From contig CAKVCZ010000003.1 of NCBI GenBank assembly GCA_934726055.1, positions 41,324 to 105,323 on the forward strand: DNA of 64,000 nt. Direction: 5' to 3'. The DNA is from an uncultured Candidatus Melainabacteria bacterium (GTDB lineage Bacteria; Cyanobacteriota; Vampirovibrionia; Gastranaerophilales; Gastranaerophilaceae). Of the stretch, positions 48,444-58,602 are shown piece by piece; position 1 is the stretch's first letter, and every line of letters starts with the position of its first letter. Both the position numbers and the translations under genes were made by a program. Under the pieces are notes generated by a model, which was given only the letters and a program-made list of their open reading frames with translations, searched no databases and had not been told where the DNA came from.

Positions 48444-50015
48444 TTATTTAATCGATACAAATTCAACATTTATATTTTCTTCTTGTAATTTTTTTTGTAA
48501 AGTTTGAATAGAAATTTCTACTTCTTTTGTGTTTTCTTTTTTTGATGCATACCCTGATTCTTTTAAAACGATTATTCCTTTTTTATGGTTAACACTTATA
48601 ATTTCATAACTGTGGTTAGTGCCTATTGATATATTTCTAGCATACAAGTTACTGTTTCTCCAAAAAGTATCTTGAGGACTTTCTGCTAACTTTATCTCTT
48701 CACTACGGAATGGAGTTGCATTATTTGTGTTTTTATTTTTATTATTATGAAAAGCTACTAATTTATTAGAGTCAAATAAATTAATTGAGAGTTCATTTGC
48801 AGAAACAATTTTGGAAGTTGTATTTTTACCTGTTAAAAGTTTAACAACATGAGTTGGCGATATTAATCCTTTTTCATTTCCTGTGCCTACATTTCCAGAT
48901 TTTTCTAATTCTTGTCTAACAACATAAGCAAGAGCTTTAAATTCGCTGTCTCCATTGCTACCTGTATTTTTGTAATATTGTTCCATTGCTTCTAAAGAAT
49001 ATTCATTACCATTAGATTTAGATCCAATTGTAACAGTTTTGTCAGGCAAATGTACGGTATATGAACCATCGACATTGCTTTCTACCATATTTTCAACTTT
49101 ATCATGGAAATCTGCATCTTTTAATAATGTATTTATAACAGCATATATTGCACAATCAGCACTTTCTTTGCCTTGACTTATTTGACCATAATCTACTTTA
49201 TTATTACCGCTAAGTGCTGCCAGATGAGTTTTTACATCATTAGAAACTTCTGATGGGTCTTTTTGTAATGTATGAAAAGAATCTCTATCTGATTCCATCT
49301 GTATTTTTCTACCAGAAGAAATACTTTGAGGTTTAGCCGGCTTTGCTTCTTGGAATTGCTCATTAGCAATTTTTTGAGCTTTTTCGATATCTTCCGGTTT
49401 CATTTTTTTTTCAAGTTTCTTTAATTTTTGTTCTGCTTGTTCAAGTGCTGGTTTATTAATGAAAGAAGAAGCAGTTTCTTGCATATCTGCTAAATCAGTG
49501 GCATTTGAAACATTTTCATCAGAAAATTCATTGTTACATTTATCTTTTTGTGTTGGAGTCATATCATTGCTGTTTATACTCTTACACAATGAATTATTTC
49601 TGCTTATGTAGTTTTCATTTTTCTTAGCTTCGTTTAATTCATTTTGAGAAGAATCGAATTCTTCTTTTGCTTGGAGATATTCTTTATATGCCTCAATGTA
49701 TTTTTGATTTTTAGCAATAAAACTTTTTGTTTCAGCTTCATTTAGTTTTCCATTTGCTATCAATAAATCCAATTGAGTAGAACCTACATCTCGTAGGCTA
49801 TTCAGCAAATCTCCAATTTCAGGATTTTCTTTAGTACCGGATGGATGATTACAAATTTCATTATTTTGTGTATTTCCGAAAATGCTGCAGTTCATTCCTT
49901 GTGCAAAATTTTTACCGGTTTCAAAAAGTTGTTGACGGGCTGCATCAGCTTTTTTTTGTGCTACGTTAGCAGCGTTCTTTGCTTGTTGAAGATTTTTATC
50001 AATTGGTGGTGTCAT
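48444..50015 (-). CDS. hypothetical protein: coiled-coil N-terminal half and a C-terminal half with a calpain-like Cys/His signature
   Basis: SQGKESADCAIYAVINTLL resembles the calpain/CA-clan Q-G-x-x-x-D-C-(W/Y)-x-x-A nucleophile block. GTNHSYEIISV...IVLKESG, about 180 aa later, resembles the GHAYSV...LRNPWG block. No signal peptide. Confidence 0.55.
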   Translation of the reverse strand: MTPPIDKNLQQAKNAANVAQKKADAARQQLFETGKNFAQGMNCSIFGNTQNNEICNHPSGTKENPEIGDLLNSLRDVGSTQLDLLIANGKLNEAETKSFIAKNQKYIEAYKEYLQAKEEFDSSQNELNEAKKNENYISRNNSLCKSINSNDMTPTQKDKCNNEFSDENVSNATDLADMQETASSFINKPALEQAEQKLKKLEKKMKPEDIEKAQKIANEQFQEAKPAKPQSISSGRKIQMESDRDSFHTLQKDPSEVSNDVKTHLAALSGNNKVDYGQISQGKESADCAIYAVINTLLKDADFHDKVENMVESNVDGSYTVHLPDKTVTIGSKSNGNEYSLEAMEQYYKNTGSNGDSEFKALAYVVRQELEKSGNVGTGNEKGLISPTHVVKLLTGKNTTSKIVSANELSINLFDSNKLVAFHNNKNKNTNNATPFRSEEIKLAESPQDTFWRNSNLYARNISIGTNHSYEIISVNHKKGIIVLKESGYASKKENTKEVEISIQTLQKKLQEENINVEFVSIK

Positions 50016-50114
50016 GAATAGCTCCTAATATATATACAGTTCTTATATTGGCTATAAATTTGTAAAAGTTTAAAATTTACACCAGCATGTTTACATTAAT
50101 TAACAAAAATTCTA

Positions 50115-50152
50115 TAAAAAATAGCGACCTTCAAGTTAATGAAAGTCGCTAT
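50115..50152 (-). terminator. rho-independent terminator downstream of the PFOR gene
   Basis: atagcgac (50121-50128) / gtcgctat (50145-50152). On the minus strand the hairpin is followed by TTTTTT. Confidence 0.65.
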
Positions 50153-50172
50153 TTGAATTATGAAATATTTGA

Positions 50173-53100
50173 TTATTTCATCAATTCACCAACAGATTTA
50201 TATACTGCCATGCGTTTTGCAGCATCAGATTCTGCTTGTGTATAAAGTGCTTCAGCAGCTTCAGGGTTAGTTTTCAATAATGATTTATAACGACCTTCAG
50301 ATCTGATGAAGTCTTGGTAGTTTCCGCTAGGATCTTTAGCATCCCATGTAAATGGATTTTCATTTGCAGGGTTGTATCTGTAAAGTGGGAAGTAACCAGC
50401 TTCAACAGCACGTTTTTGTTCTGTTTGTGTTTTACTCATATCGATACCATGAGCGATACAAGGAGCATAAGCGAAGATGATAGATGGTCCATCATAAGCT
50501 TCAGCTTCTTGGAATGCTTTTAGAGTTTGGTTTCTATCTGCACCCAATGCAACTGATGCTACATAAACATATCCGTAAGACATGCTCATCAAGCCCATGT
50601 TTTTCTTGTATGTTGGTTTACCACCGGTAGCAAACTTAGCAACTGCACCTGTTGGTGTAGATTTAGAAGCTTGACCACCTGTATTTGAGTAAACTTCAGT
50701 ATCAAGAACTAAGATATTAACGTTTCTGTTTTGAGCTAATACGTGGTCAATACCACCGTATCCGATGTCGTTAGCCCAACCATCACCACCGATAATCCAA
50801 ATAGATTTATCTGTGAAGTAGTCAGAAAGTTCTTTAACTTTGCAAATAGTTTCGCAACCGCATTCTTTAGCGTATTTGTCGATAAGAACTTTTGCTTGGC
50901 TTTGAGCTTCAACTGCTTCAGGTGTTTTTGAGTTATCCCAGTATGTCATAACGTTGTTTAATGCATCTTTCAAATCCGCAGGTGCATCTTCTTTTGCAAG
51001 AATTGTTTCAACGTATGTTTTTAACATGCTTCTGTTTGAATCAACAGCTAATCTCATACCAAAACCAAATTCGGCATTATCTTCAAATAATGAGTTAGCC
51101 CAAGCAGGACCTCTGCCTTCTTTAGTTTTTGTGTAAGGGATTGTTGGGAAAGTACCTGAGTAAATTGATGAACAACCTGTTGCGTTTGCAACGATAGCAT
51201 TTTCACCAAATAATTGAGATACTAGTTTAACGTAAGGTGTTTCACCACAACCTGCACAAGCACCAGAGAATTCAAATAATGGTTTTCTTAACATAGCACC
51301 TTTAAGTGTTTTTGTTGTGTTTTTGCCCATTACGTTGTCAGGAGTTGCATCAAAGAATTTTTCGTTTTCACTTTCACCTGCAGCATCTTCTTTTTCAATT
51401 GTTGACCAAGAAAGAGCCGGTGCTTCAGGTTTTCTTTGATTTACAGGACATTGATCTAAGCAAACGCCGCAACCTGTACAATCTTTGCAATATACTTGAA
51501 CTTTGAATTTTTCTCCGTTTGCGTTTGGTTTTGCATCAACTGCATTGAATGTTGCAGGTGCATTTTTCATATCGTCAGCTTCAATTAATTTAGTTCTGAT
51601 TGCTGCATGAGGACATGCTGATGCACAGATACCGCACTGTAAGCATGCTTCGCTGTTCCAATGAGGAACTCTTGGTGCAATACCACGTTTTTCCAAACAA
51701 GCTGTGCCTGTTGGAATAACACCGTCAACTGACATAGCCGAAACAGGAATGTCATCACCTTTTTGACGCATTGATGGTTCAATGATTTTCTTTGCAAAAT
51801 CATCTGCATCATCTGAAATTAATTTAACATCATCTGCATGAGCAACACCATCTAAACTTGCTGGAACAGGAACTTCTTCACAAGCGTTTACTGCTGCATC
51901 AATTAGGGCAATATTCATATTTACAACATCGTCGCCTTTTTTCTTGAAGGTCTTTTTAGTCATTTCTTTCATACCTTCAAGAGCTTGTTCAAACGGAATG
52001 ATACCTGAAACTTTGAAGTATGCTACCATCATAACTGTGTTAGCACCTTTACCACGTAATCCAGGTTGTTCTTTGATTAATTTTTCAGCATCAATGTTGT
52101 AGAATTTAATTTTCTTATTGATGATTGTTTCTTGCATATCTCTTGTTAAATGAGCGAATGCTTCTTCTTTTGTATATGGAGAATTCAACAAGAAAGTACC
52201 GCCTTCTTTAATACCTTTTAACAAGTCATATCTGCCAATGTATGCATGAGCTGAGCATGATACAAAGTCAGGAGCTGTGATTAGATATGTAGATTTAATT
52301 TGTTTGTCGCCGAATCTCAAGTGAGAAACCGTAACACCAAATGATTTTTTAGAGTCATAAGCAAAGTATGCTTGAGCATCTTTGTTTGTATATTGACCGA
52401 TAATTTTAATTGAGTTTTTGTTAGCACCAACAGTACCGTCTGAGCCTAAGCCCCAGAACATACAATTTGTAGTTCCTTCAGGTTCCGTAACGATATGTTC
52501 TTCAACTTTTAAAGATTTATTAGTTACATCATCTTCAATACCAACAGTGAAACCGTGGAATCCGTTAGCTTCTGAATGTTTGTATATAGCTAATACCATA
52601 GATGGTGTAAATTCTTTAGAAGATAAACCGTAACGTCCGCCGATAACTCTGATGTCTTTGTTTTCTAATGCTGCAACTACATCTAAGTATAAAGGTTCAC
52701 CGATAGAACCGGGTTCTTTTGTTCTGTCTAAAACAGCAATTCTTTTAACTGATTTAGGTAGAGCTTCATTAAATCTTTTTACGTCGAACGGTCTGTATAA
52801 TCTAATTTTAACTAAACCGTATTTAGTTCCTCTTGTTGCGTTTAAGTATTCGATAGTTTCTTCGATAGTTTCGCAACCTGAACCGATAGCTACGATAACG
52901 TCTGTTGCATCAGGTGCACCAACGTAATCGAACGGATGATATTGACGACCTGTAACTTTTGCAACTTTGTCCATATATTCTTGAACAATGTCAGGTACAG
53001 CATCATAATATTTATTAACTGTTTCACGACCTTGGAAGTAAACGTCAGTGTTTTGAGCACCAACTTTACATACAGGAGCTTCAGGTCTTAAAGCTCTTTG

Positions 53101-53712
53101 TCTGAATTCTTCGATGTATTTTGGTTCAACTAATGATTTAATATCATCATAAGAAATTTCTTCAATTTTGTGAATTTCATGAGAAGTTCTGAAACCATCA
53201 AAGAATTGTAAAAATGGAACTTTTGCTTTGTATGTTGATAAGTGAGCTACTAAAGCCAAATCCATTTCTTCTTGAACACTGTTTGCAGCTAACATAGCAT
53301 AACCTGTATTACGACAACCCATAACGTCAGTATGATCACCGAAGATTGCCAAAGATTGTGCTGCTAATGCACGAGCTGAAACATGCATTACATGAGGTAA
53401 CATTTCACCTGCTGCTTTGTGCATTACAGGAATCATTAATAATAATCCTTGAGAAGCAGTGTAAGTAGAAGTTAGAGCACCTGCTGCTAAAGAACCGTGT
53501 ACAGCACCTGCTGCACCTGCTTCAGATTGCATTTCTGCAACTTTAACTTCTTTACCCCAAATGTTTTTTTTGTGTTGTGATGCCCATTCATCAACCCATT
53601 CACCCATTGTAGATGAAGGAGTAATTGGGTAAATTGCCGATACTTCGCTTAATGCATACGCAATGTGTGCGGCAGCGTAGTTACCGTCAACTGTTATTGT
53701 TTTGCCTGGCAT
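50173..53712 (-). CDS. nifJ: pyruvate:ferredoxin (flavodoxin) oxidoreductase, single-chain form
   Basis: 1179 aa. Two ferredoxin-type clusters (CLQCGICASACPHAA, CTGCGVCLDQCPV) and a TPP-binding GGDGWANDIGYGG block. Confidence 0.95.
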   Translation of the reverse strand: MPGKTITVDGNYAAAHIAYALSEVSAIYPITPSSTMGEWVDEWASQHKKNIWGKEVKVAEMQSEAGAAGAVHGSLAAGALTSTYTASQGLLLMIPVMHKAAGEMLPHVMHVSARALAAQSLAIFGDHTDVMGCRNTGYAMLAANSVQEEMDLALVAHLSTYKAKVPFLQFFDGFRTSHEIHKIEEISYDDIKSLVEPKYIEEFRQRALRPEAPVCKVGAQNTDVYFQGRETVNKYYDAVPDIVQEYMDKVAKVTGRQYHPFDYVGAPDATDVIVAIGSGCETIEETIEYLNATRGTKYGLVKIRLYRPFDVKRFNEALPKSVKRIAVLDRTKEPGSIGEPLYLDVVAALENKDIRVIGGRYGLSSKEFTPSMVLAIYKHSEANGFHGFTVGIEDDVTNKSLKVEEHIVTEPEGTTNCMFWGLGSDGTVGANKNSIKIIGQYTNKDAQAYFAYDSKKSFGVTVSHLRFGDKQIKSTYLITAPDFVSCSAHAYIGRYDLLKGIKEGGTFLLNSPYTKEEAFAHLTRDMQETIINKKIKFYNIDAEKLIKEQPGLRGKGANTVMMVAYFKVSGIIPFEQALEGMKEMTKKTFKKKGDDVVNMNIALIDAAVNACEEVPVPASLDGVAHADDVKLISDDADDFAKKIIEPSMRQKGDDIPVSAMSVDGVIPTGTACLEKRGIAPRVPHWNSEACLQCGICASACPHAAIRTKLIEADDMKNAPATFNAVDAKPNANGEKFKVQVYCKDCTGCGVCLDQCPVNQRKPEAPALSWSTIEKEDAAGESENEKFFDATPDNVMGKNTTKTLKGAMLRKPLFEFSGACAGCGETPYVKLVSQLFGENAIVANATGCSSIYSGTFPTIPYTKTKEGRGPAWANSLFEDNAEFGFGMRLAVDSNRSMLKTYVETILAKEDAPADLKDALNNVMTYWDNSKTPEAVEAQSQAKVLIDKYAKECGCETICKVKELSDYFTDKSIWIIGGDGWANDIGYGGIDHVLAQNRNVNILVLDTEVYSNTGGQASKSTPTGAVAKFATGGKPTYKKNMGLMSMSYGYVYVASVALGADRNQTLKAFQEAEAYDGPSIIFAYAPCIAHGIDMSKTQTEQKRAVEAGYFPLYRYNPANENPFTWDAKDPSGNYQDFIRSEGRYKSLLKTNPEAAEALYTQAESDAAKRMAVYKSVGELMK

Positions 53713-53977
53713 AAAAAAACCTCCTTATAGTTATTATCCAGTACTGCTATTAAAAAAGACTTCCAATATCTTCTAAAATGAACTATGATGACTATAAACA
53801 ACAAAGTACAGCCAAAGTTCATTACCATTTTATTTTACTGCAAACACAAAAAAATAACCAAGAAAAAATTAATTTTTACAAAAACTTCATAATAATGGTG
53901 AATATGGGTTGAAAATTTTTTATTTGGGTTTATAATGTACTATATGAAAAATAACGAAGTATGGTTTTAATTAAATA

Positions 53978-54736
53978 ATGAAAGAGGAAACTATGATTGA
54001 TTTCAAAAAAAGTGTAGCATTTACTTTAGCAGAAACGCTTATTGTAATGGGTATTATCGGTGTTGTAGCAGCATTGACAATTCCTAACTTAAACCAAGCA
54101 ACAGGTGAAAAAGAAAAAGTTGCAAGAGTTAAAAAATTGTATTCAAATTTGGAAGATGCGATTGGTCGTACTGAAGCAATTTATGGTCCATTATCAGAAT
54201 GGGATACTGCAAACTTAACAGGTACTGTTTTGACGGGCAGAATGTCTGAATTTATGAAACATTCAAAAGAGTGCAGTTCTTCATTCTCAGGATGTTTTGC
54301 AAGCGGCATTAGTGCATATTCATCAAGCGGAACTGCTCCTGATGTTGCAAATAATGCAGCTTCATTTGTTACAGCAGATGGATCTTCAGTTGGTGTTGTA
54401 AGTGCAGCTCCACGTACTGTAGTAGGTCAAAATGGAACTACATCTGTTGTAGATGGTGGTTTGGTTGTTTACATTGATATTGACGGACCAAATAAGGGTG
54501 AAAATAAAGTAGGTAAAGATGTATTCCAGTTCTATTTGAATTCACCTGATTATTTACTTACTCCGGCAGGACGTGGTTCTTATGGTACAGACGTTACTGA
54601 TTGTACAACAAATTCAAATTGTACAGGTTGGGTAGTTGATTATGACAACTTAGATTACACAAAAACAGGTTCAGATGGTAAAACTTGTTCAACAGGTTCA
54701 GTTGTTTTAAATGCATCTAAAACAAGTTGTAAGTAA
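53978..54736 (+). CDS. prepilin-type N-terminal cleavage/methylation-domain protein (type IV pilin/pseudopilin-like)
   Basis: KKSVA-FTLAETLIVMGIIGVVAALTIPNL class III signal-like N-terminus. The C-terminus is Cys-containing. MIDFKK at 53993 may be the true start. Confidence 0.8.
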   Translation: MKEETMIDFKKSVAFTLAETLIVMGIIGVVAALTIPNLNQATGEKEKVARVKKLYSNLEDAIGRTEAIYGPLSEWDTANLTGTVLTGRMSEFMKHSKECSSSFSGCFASGISAYSSSGTAPDVANNAASFVTADGSSVGVVSAAPRTVVGQNGTTSVVDGGLVVYIDIDGPNKGENKVGKDVFQFYLNSPDYLLTPAGRGSYGTDVTDCTTNSNCTGWVVDYDNLDYTKTGSDGKTCSTGSVVLNASKTSCK

Positions 54737-54760
54737 TTTGAAAAGTATTTCATAACACTA

Positions 54761-54793
54761 AAAAGGATTGGTTTTATTCACCAATCCTTTTTT
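54761..54793. terminator. bidirectional rho-independent terminator
   Basis: aaaaggattgg (54761-54771) / ccaatcctttt (54781-54791) with a 9-nt loop and a trailing T run. Confidence 0.75.
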
Positions 54794-54809
54794 ATAGACG
54801 TATTCTTGA

Positions 54810-55124
54810 TTATGGTAAATATTGTGTCCAATGTTCATCTAGGTTTTGGATGAATTTAGATGCATCGAGTACATCGTCTTTTGTAATTGGCGGTAAATCT
54901 GTAATCATTTTCAATGGTTCTGTTTCTTTTTTTATTTCTACTTCAGATATTCCTAAAAATGCAATTCCAAAGCTTTTTCCACAATGATTGCAATATAGTT
55001 TTACAACAAGCATCGAATCCTCTTGTCTGACTATTTCAATCGAGTTTTCATCAAAGTCTGATTTGCATTGTGAACAACATAAATTTTTCAATAATTCCGC
55101 TATTTTTATTTTTGTATTTTTCAT
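54810..55124 (-). CDS. hypothetical zinc-ribbon protein
   Basis: CCSQCK...CNHCGK pair of CxxC motifs. No recognised family. Confidence 0.55.
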   Translation of the reverse strand: MKNTKIKIAELLKNLCCSQCKSDFDENSIEIVRQEDSMLVVKLYCNHCGKSFGIAFLGISEVEIKKETEPLKMITDLPPITKDDVLDASKFIQNLDEHWTQYLP

Positions 55125-55223
55125 GATTTGTTTCCTATTTACCTAGCCATTATATACTACAAAAACATGTTTAAAAATAGCCCAACTGTGGAATATTACT
55201 CATGTATTACAGGAGCCCTTATT

Positions 55224-55319
55224 ATGTTTACAATTTCTTTAGTAGTATTAGGTTTTATTGTTTACGCAGCTTGCGTAATTGTTCCAAGTATTTTGGATGA
55301 ATTGGTTAATTCTCATTAA
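55224..55319 (+). CDS. possible small single-pass membrane peptide (31 aa)
   Basis: ATG at 55224 lies 8 nt after AGGAG. MFTISLVVLGFIVYAACVIVPSILDELVNSH is one hydrophobic helix. The longer ORF-track version (55128) has no RBS. Confidence 0.3.
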   Translation: MFTISLVVLGFIVYAACVIVPSILDELVNSH

Positions 55320-55343
55320 TCGTATTTGTGTTAAAATTCTTTT

Positions 55344-56279
55344 ATGGAAGAATTTACACATTATACGGTAATGAAAAATGAAGCTGTCGATGCACTAAAT
55401 TGCAAAGACGGTTTAGTTTATGTAGATGCAACATTAGGTGGTGGCGGACATAGTGAGTTGATTTTGCAAAGAATTCAGCCAAATGGTCGTTTAATTTCGT
55501 TTGATGTTGATGATGATGCAATTAATTTTGCAAAGAACAGATTAAAAAATTACAAAAACTTAACAATCGTAAAAGATTCTTATACAAATATTAAGAAAGT
55601 TTTACAAACTTTGAATATAAAAAAAATAACAGGCGGAATCCTTTTTGATTTGGGTGCTTCGTACCATCAGCTTACAAAACAGGAACGTGGTTTTTCATTT
55701 TCAAAAGATGCTCCTTTAGACATGAGGTTTAATAAAGATGCGGATTTTACGGCAAAAGATGTCGTAAATACTTATAATGAAGATGATTTGGTCAAAATCT
55801 TTAGTGAGTATGGTGAAGAACATTTTTCAAAAAGAATAGCAAAATCTATAATCGCTCAAAGACGTGTAAAATCAATCGATACAACAGTTGAATTAGCTCA
55901 AATAGTAAAACAAGCTGTACCACCTCAAAAAAGTCGTATTCACCCTGCGACAAGGGTTTTTCAGGCAATCAGAATTGAAGTGAATAATGAGTTAAAAAAT
56001 GTTAAAAATACTTTGAATGATGTGTTGGATTTATTAGATTATGGTGCTATAATAAGTGTAATAAGTTTTCATTCACTTGAGGACAGAATTGTAAAAGAGC
56101 AGTTCAAATATCATTCTGCAAAGTGTCATTGTCCAAAAGAACAGTTGATATGCAGATGTGAGCCTCCAAAGTTGGAATTGGTTAATAAAAAACCAATTGT
56201 GGCGAGTGAAAAAGAACTTAAGGAAAACCCACCTTCTCGAAGTGCAAAGCTTAGAGTTGCAAAGTTCATTAAAAAATAG
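55344..56279 (+). CDS. rsmH: 16S rRNA (cytosine1402-N4)-methyltransferase
   Basis: HYTVMKNEAVDAL...DATLGGGGHS...DLGASYHQL...FHSLEDRIVK signature blocks. Confidence 0.92.
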   Translation: MEEFTHYTVMKNEAVDALNCKDGLVYVDATLGGGGHSELILQRIQPNGRLISFDVDDDAINFAKNRLKNYKNLTIVKDSYTNIKKVLQTLNIKKITGGILFDLGASYHQLTKQERGFSFSKDAPLDMRFNKDADFTAKDVVNTYNEDDLVKIFSEYGEEHFSKRIAKSIIAQRRVKSIDTTVELAQIVKQAVPPQKSRIHPATRVFQAIRIEVNNELKNVKNTLNDVLDLLDYGAIISVISFHSLEDRIVKEQFKYHSAKCHCPKEQLICRCEPPKLELVNKKPIVASEKELKENPPSRSAKLRVAKFIKK

Positions 56280-56326
56280 TGATGTGGGTATGTGTATTGG
56301 AAATCAAGGGTAGGAAAAAGTAAAAA

Positions 56327-56779
56327 GTGCAACAAGAGTTGTTACATTTAACATATAACGAGTTTAATGAACTTGAAAGCTATGAGTTTGAACTTCCTCA
56401 AGAAACGGTTATTGAAGTTGACTTTGAACAAGAGGATCCTGAAAAAACCATGGCTATAAGAAAATTAAATTCAACATTGTGCGTATTGTTAGGATTATTG
56501 ATTTTTGTTACTACTGTGAGCTATTATTTTGCAACTGCAAACGAAATGGCATTGAATAATCTAACCAAAGAAACAACTGTTTTTAATGATGAAAATGCTG
56601 AACTTGAAAATCAGCTTGATAAATTAAAATCGTTTAATAATGTAGATAAATCTATGCAAAAAAATAATTTGTTAAGCAAAGCAAAACAAGTTATTGAAGT
56701 GCAGGAAGTTAATTCAGCAAATGTAGCTAATAAAAAATTAGATAACCAAAAAGTATTTAATTGGTCAATCGGTTATTAA
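56327..56779 (+). CDS. FtsL-like cell division protein (single TM plus coiled coil)
   Basis: Position between rsmH and ftsI. One TM helix (LCVLLGLLIFVTTVSYYF) followed by a short coiled coil (ENAELENQLDKLK). Start codon uncertain (GTG at 56327). Confidence 0.55.
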   Translation: MQQELLHLTYNEFNELESYEFELPQETVIEVDFEQEDPEKTMAIRKLNSTLCVLLGLLIFVTTVSYYFATANEMALNNLTKETTVFNDENAELENQLDKLKSFNNVDKSMQKNNLLSKAKQVIEVQEVNSANVANKKLDNQKVFNWSIGY

Positions 56780-56851
56780 TCCGTAAAATTTGCTTAACAA
56801 TCATACATTTAATACTCCTTATGCTAAAATGATTATAGGGAAGTTTTTGTT

Positions 56852-58591
56852 GTGAGAAAAAAGTCAGAAAAAGTTGAAAAAGTTAAAGATTTTGATAAAC
56901 GCTTAGGTTGTTGGCAGGTTGCATTTGCTATATTTGCAATTGGGCTTATCGTTCATTTGTTTTTTATTCAGGTAGTTGATTTAAAAAAATTGCGTTTAAA
57001 GGCTAAAAAACAAAGAAGTGCACAATCTTTTGTAATGCGTGGAGATATATATGATAGAAATGGAATAAAGCTTGCTTCAGACAAAATTTTATTTGATGTC
57101 TATGCAAGAACTCCTGATTATGAGCATACACCTGAAGAATTGGCAAATATGCTTGCTCCTATTTTAAAAATTCCCAAATCTACTCTTGTTCAAAAGTTAA
57201 AAAGAAAAGATATTATGATATCTCTGAAAAAAAATGTTGATAGACAAACCAGAGATGAAATTGCAAAATTACACTTAAGAGAAATTCCTATGGATAAAAA
57301 AACAACAAGAGTTTATCCGCAAGGGGCATTAGCTGCACATGTTTTAGGTTACTATAATTTTGATGCTGATATTTCCGCAGGTATTGAAAAAACCGCAAAA
57401 GATAAATTAGAGCTTGTAGATGGTAATGTTTCTATCGAAAGAACACCAAAGGGCGACATTATATATGATGTTAATACTGATCCTCTGGCAACAACACGTC
57501 CGATGAAAGGTGAAGATATCACGTTAACAATTGATACAGCCATACAGCATGTTTGCGAACAAGAATTATTGAAGGTAGTAACAAAAACGAAAGCTTTAAG
57601 AGGAACGGTAATTGTTGTAAATCCTAAAAATGGAGAAATTTTAGCATACGCAGTATATCCGTATTATGATCCAAATAATTTTAAGAAAGCAACATATAAA
57701 CAGATAAAAAACTGGCCGTTAACAGACGTATTTCCACCCGGTTCTACATTTAAGGTTATAACAGTTGCATCAGCAATGGATTTGGGTAAAATTAACCCAA
57801 GTACAAAAATTAATGATACCGGTAAAATAAAAGTAGGTTGGTGGGACATTGAAAATTATGATTACAAAATCCGACCTAATCCGGGTTGGATAACTTTAGA
57901 GTATTTGTTTGAACACTCAAGTAATGTTGCCTCGGTAAAAGTTGCTCAGATGATGACTTCAAAAGAATTCTATGATATGCTTAAAAAATTTGGCATAGGT
58001 GCAATTACGGGAATTGATTTACCGGGGGAATCAAGAGGTATTTTAAAGCCTGCTAATAAATGGGATTCTTCTGACCATGCTTCAATGGGATATGGTTACG
58101 GTGCATCTGTTACCGCAATTCAGATGGTTGAGGCTGTTTCTGCACTTGCAAATAACGGAGTTAGAGTTACTCCACATATTATAAAATATTCACAAGAAGA
58201 AGCGGATGCAAAAATCCATTATACACAGGTTTTGAAACCGGAAACGGCTAAAAATGTTACCAAAATTTTGATGGAAAGTATAAATCAAGGTAAATCTCCA
58301 ATTAAAATGGAAAAATATAATGTTGCTGCAAAAACAGGTACATCCAAAAAACCAAAAGAGGATGGCAGTGGTTATACTAGCAAGTATTATACATCAATTG
58401 TTGGGTATTTACCTGCAACTGATCCTGAAATCTTGATTTATGTTATGGTTGATTCTGCTCAGGGTGGAAACGTTTGGGGTAGTACAATTGCAGCTCCTAT
58501 TTTTAAGGAAATATCTTCTCAAGTTGCAAGAATTATGAATTTGAAACCTGATAAAAATGTAGGTAGTATAGATTTGAATAAAAAATCATAA
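56852..58591 (+). CDS. ftsI: penicillin-binding protein 2/3-type transpeptidase
   Basis: N-terminal anchor and dimerisation domain, with SxxK (STFK), SxN (SSN) and KTGT motifs. Confidence 0.9.
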   Translation: MRKKSEKVEKVKDFDKRLGCWQVAFAIFAIGLIVHLFFIQVVDLKKLRLKAKKQRSAQSFVMRGDIYDRNGIKLASDKILFDVYARTPDYEHTPEELANMLAPILKIPKSTLVQKLKRKDIMISLKKNVDRQTRDEIAKLHLREIPMDKKTTRVYPQGALAAHVLGYYNFDADISAGIEKTAKDKLELVDGNVSIERTPKGDIIYDVNTDPLATTRPMKGEDITLTIDTAIQHVCEQELLKVVTKTKALRGTVIVVNPKNGEILAYAVYPYYDPNNFKKATYKQIKNWPLTDVFPPGSTFKVITVASAMDLGKINPSTKINDTGKIKVGWWDIENYDYKIRPNPGWITLEYLFEHSSNVASVKVAQMMTSKEFYDMLKKFGIGAITGIDLPGESRGILKPANKWDSSDHASMGYGYGASVTAIQMVEAVSALANNGVRVTPHIIKYSQEEADAKIHYTQVLKPETAKNVTKILMESINQGKSPIKMEKYNVAAKTGTSKKPKEDGSGYTSKYYTSIVGYLPATDPEILIYVMVDSAQGGNVWGSTIAAPIFKEISSQVARIMNLKPDKNVGSIDLNKKS

Positions 58592-58602
58592 AGGATAATA
58601 TA

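Noticed and set aside
55128-55223. The upstream part of the 63-aa ORF 55128-55319, starting at a non-ATG codon.
   Set aside because: There is no RBS at 55128, and that start abuts the divergent gene's own start region. Only the internal ATG at 55224, preceded by AGGAG, is plausible, and even that small ORF is kept at low confidence.
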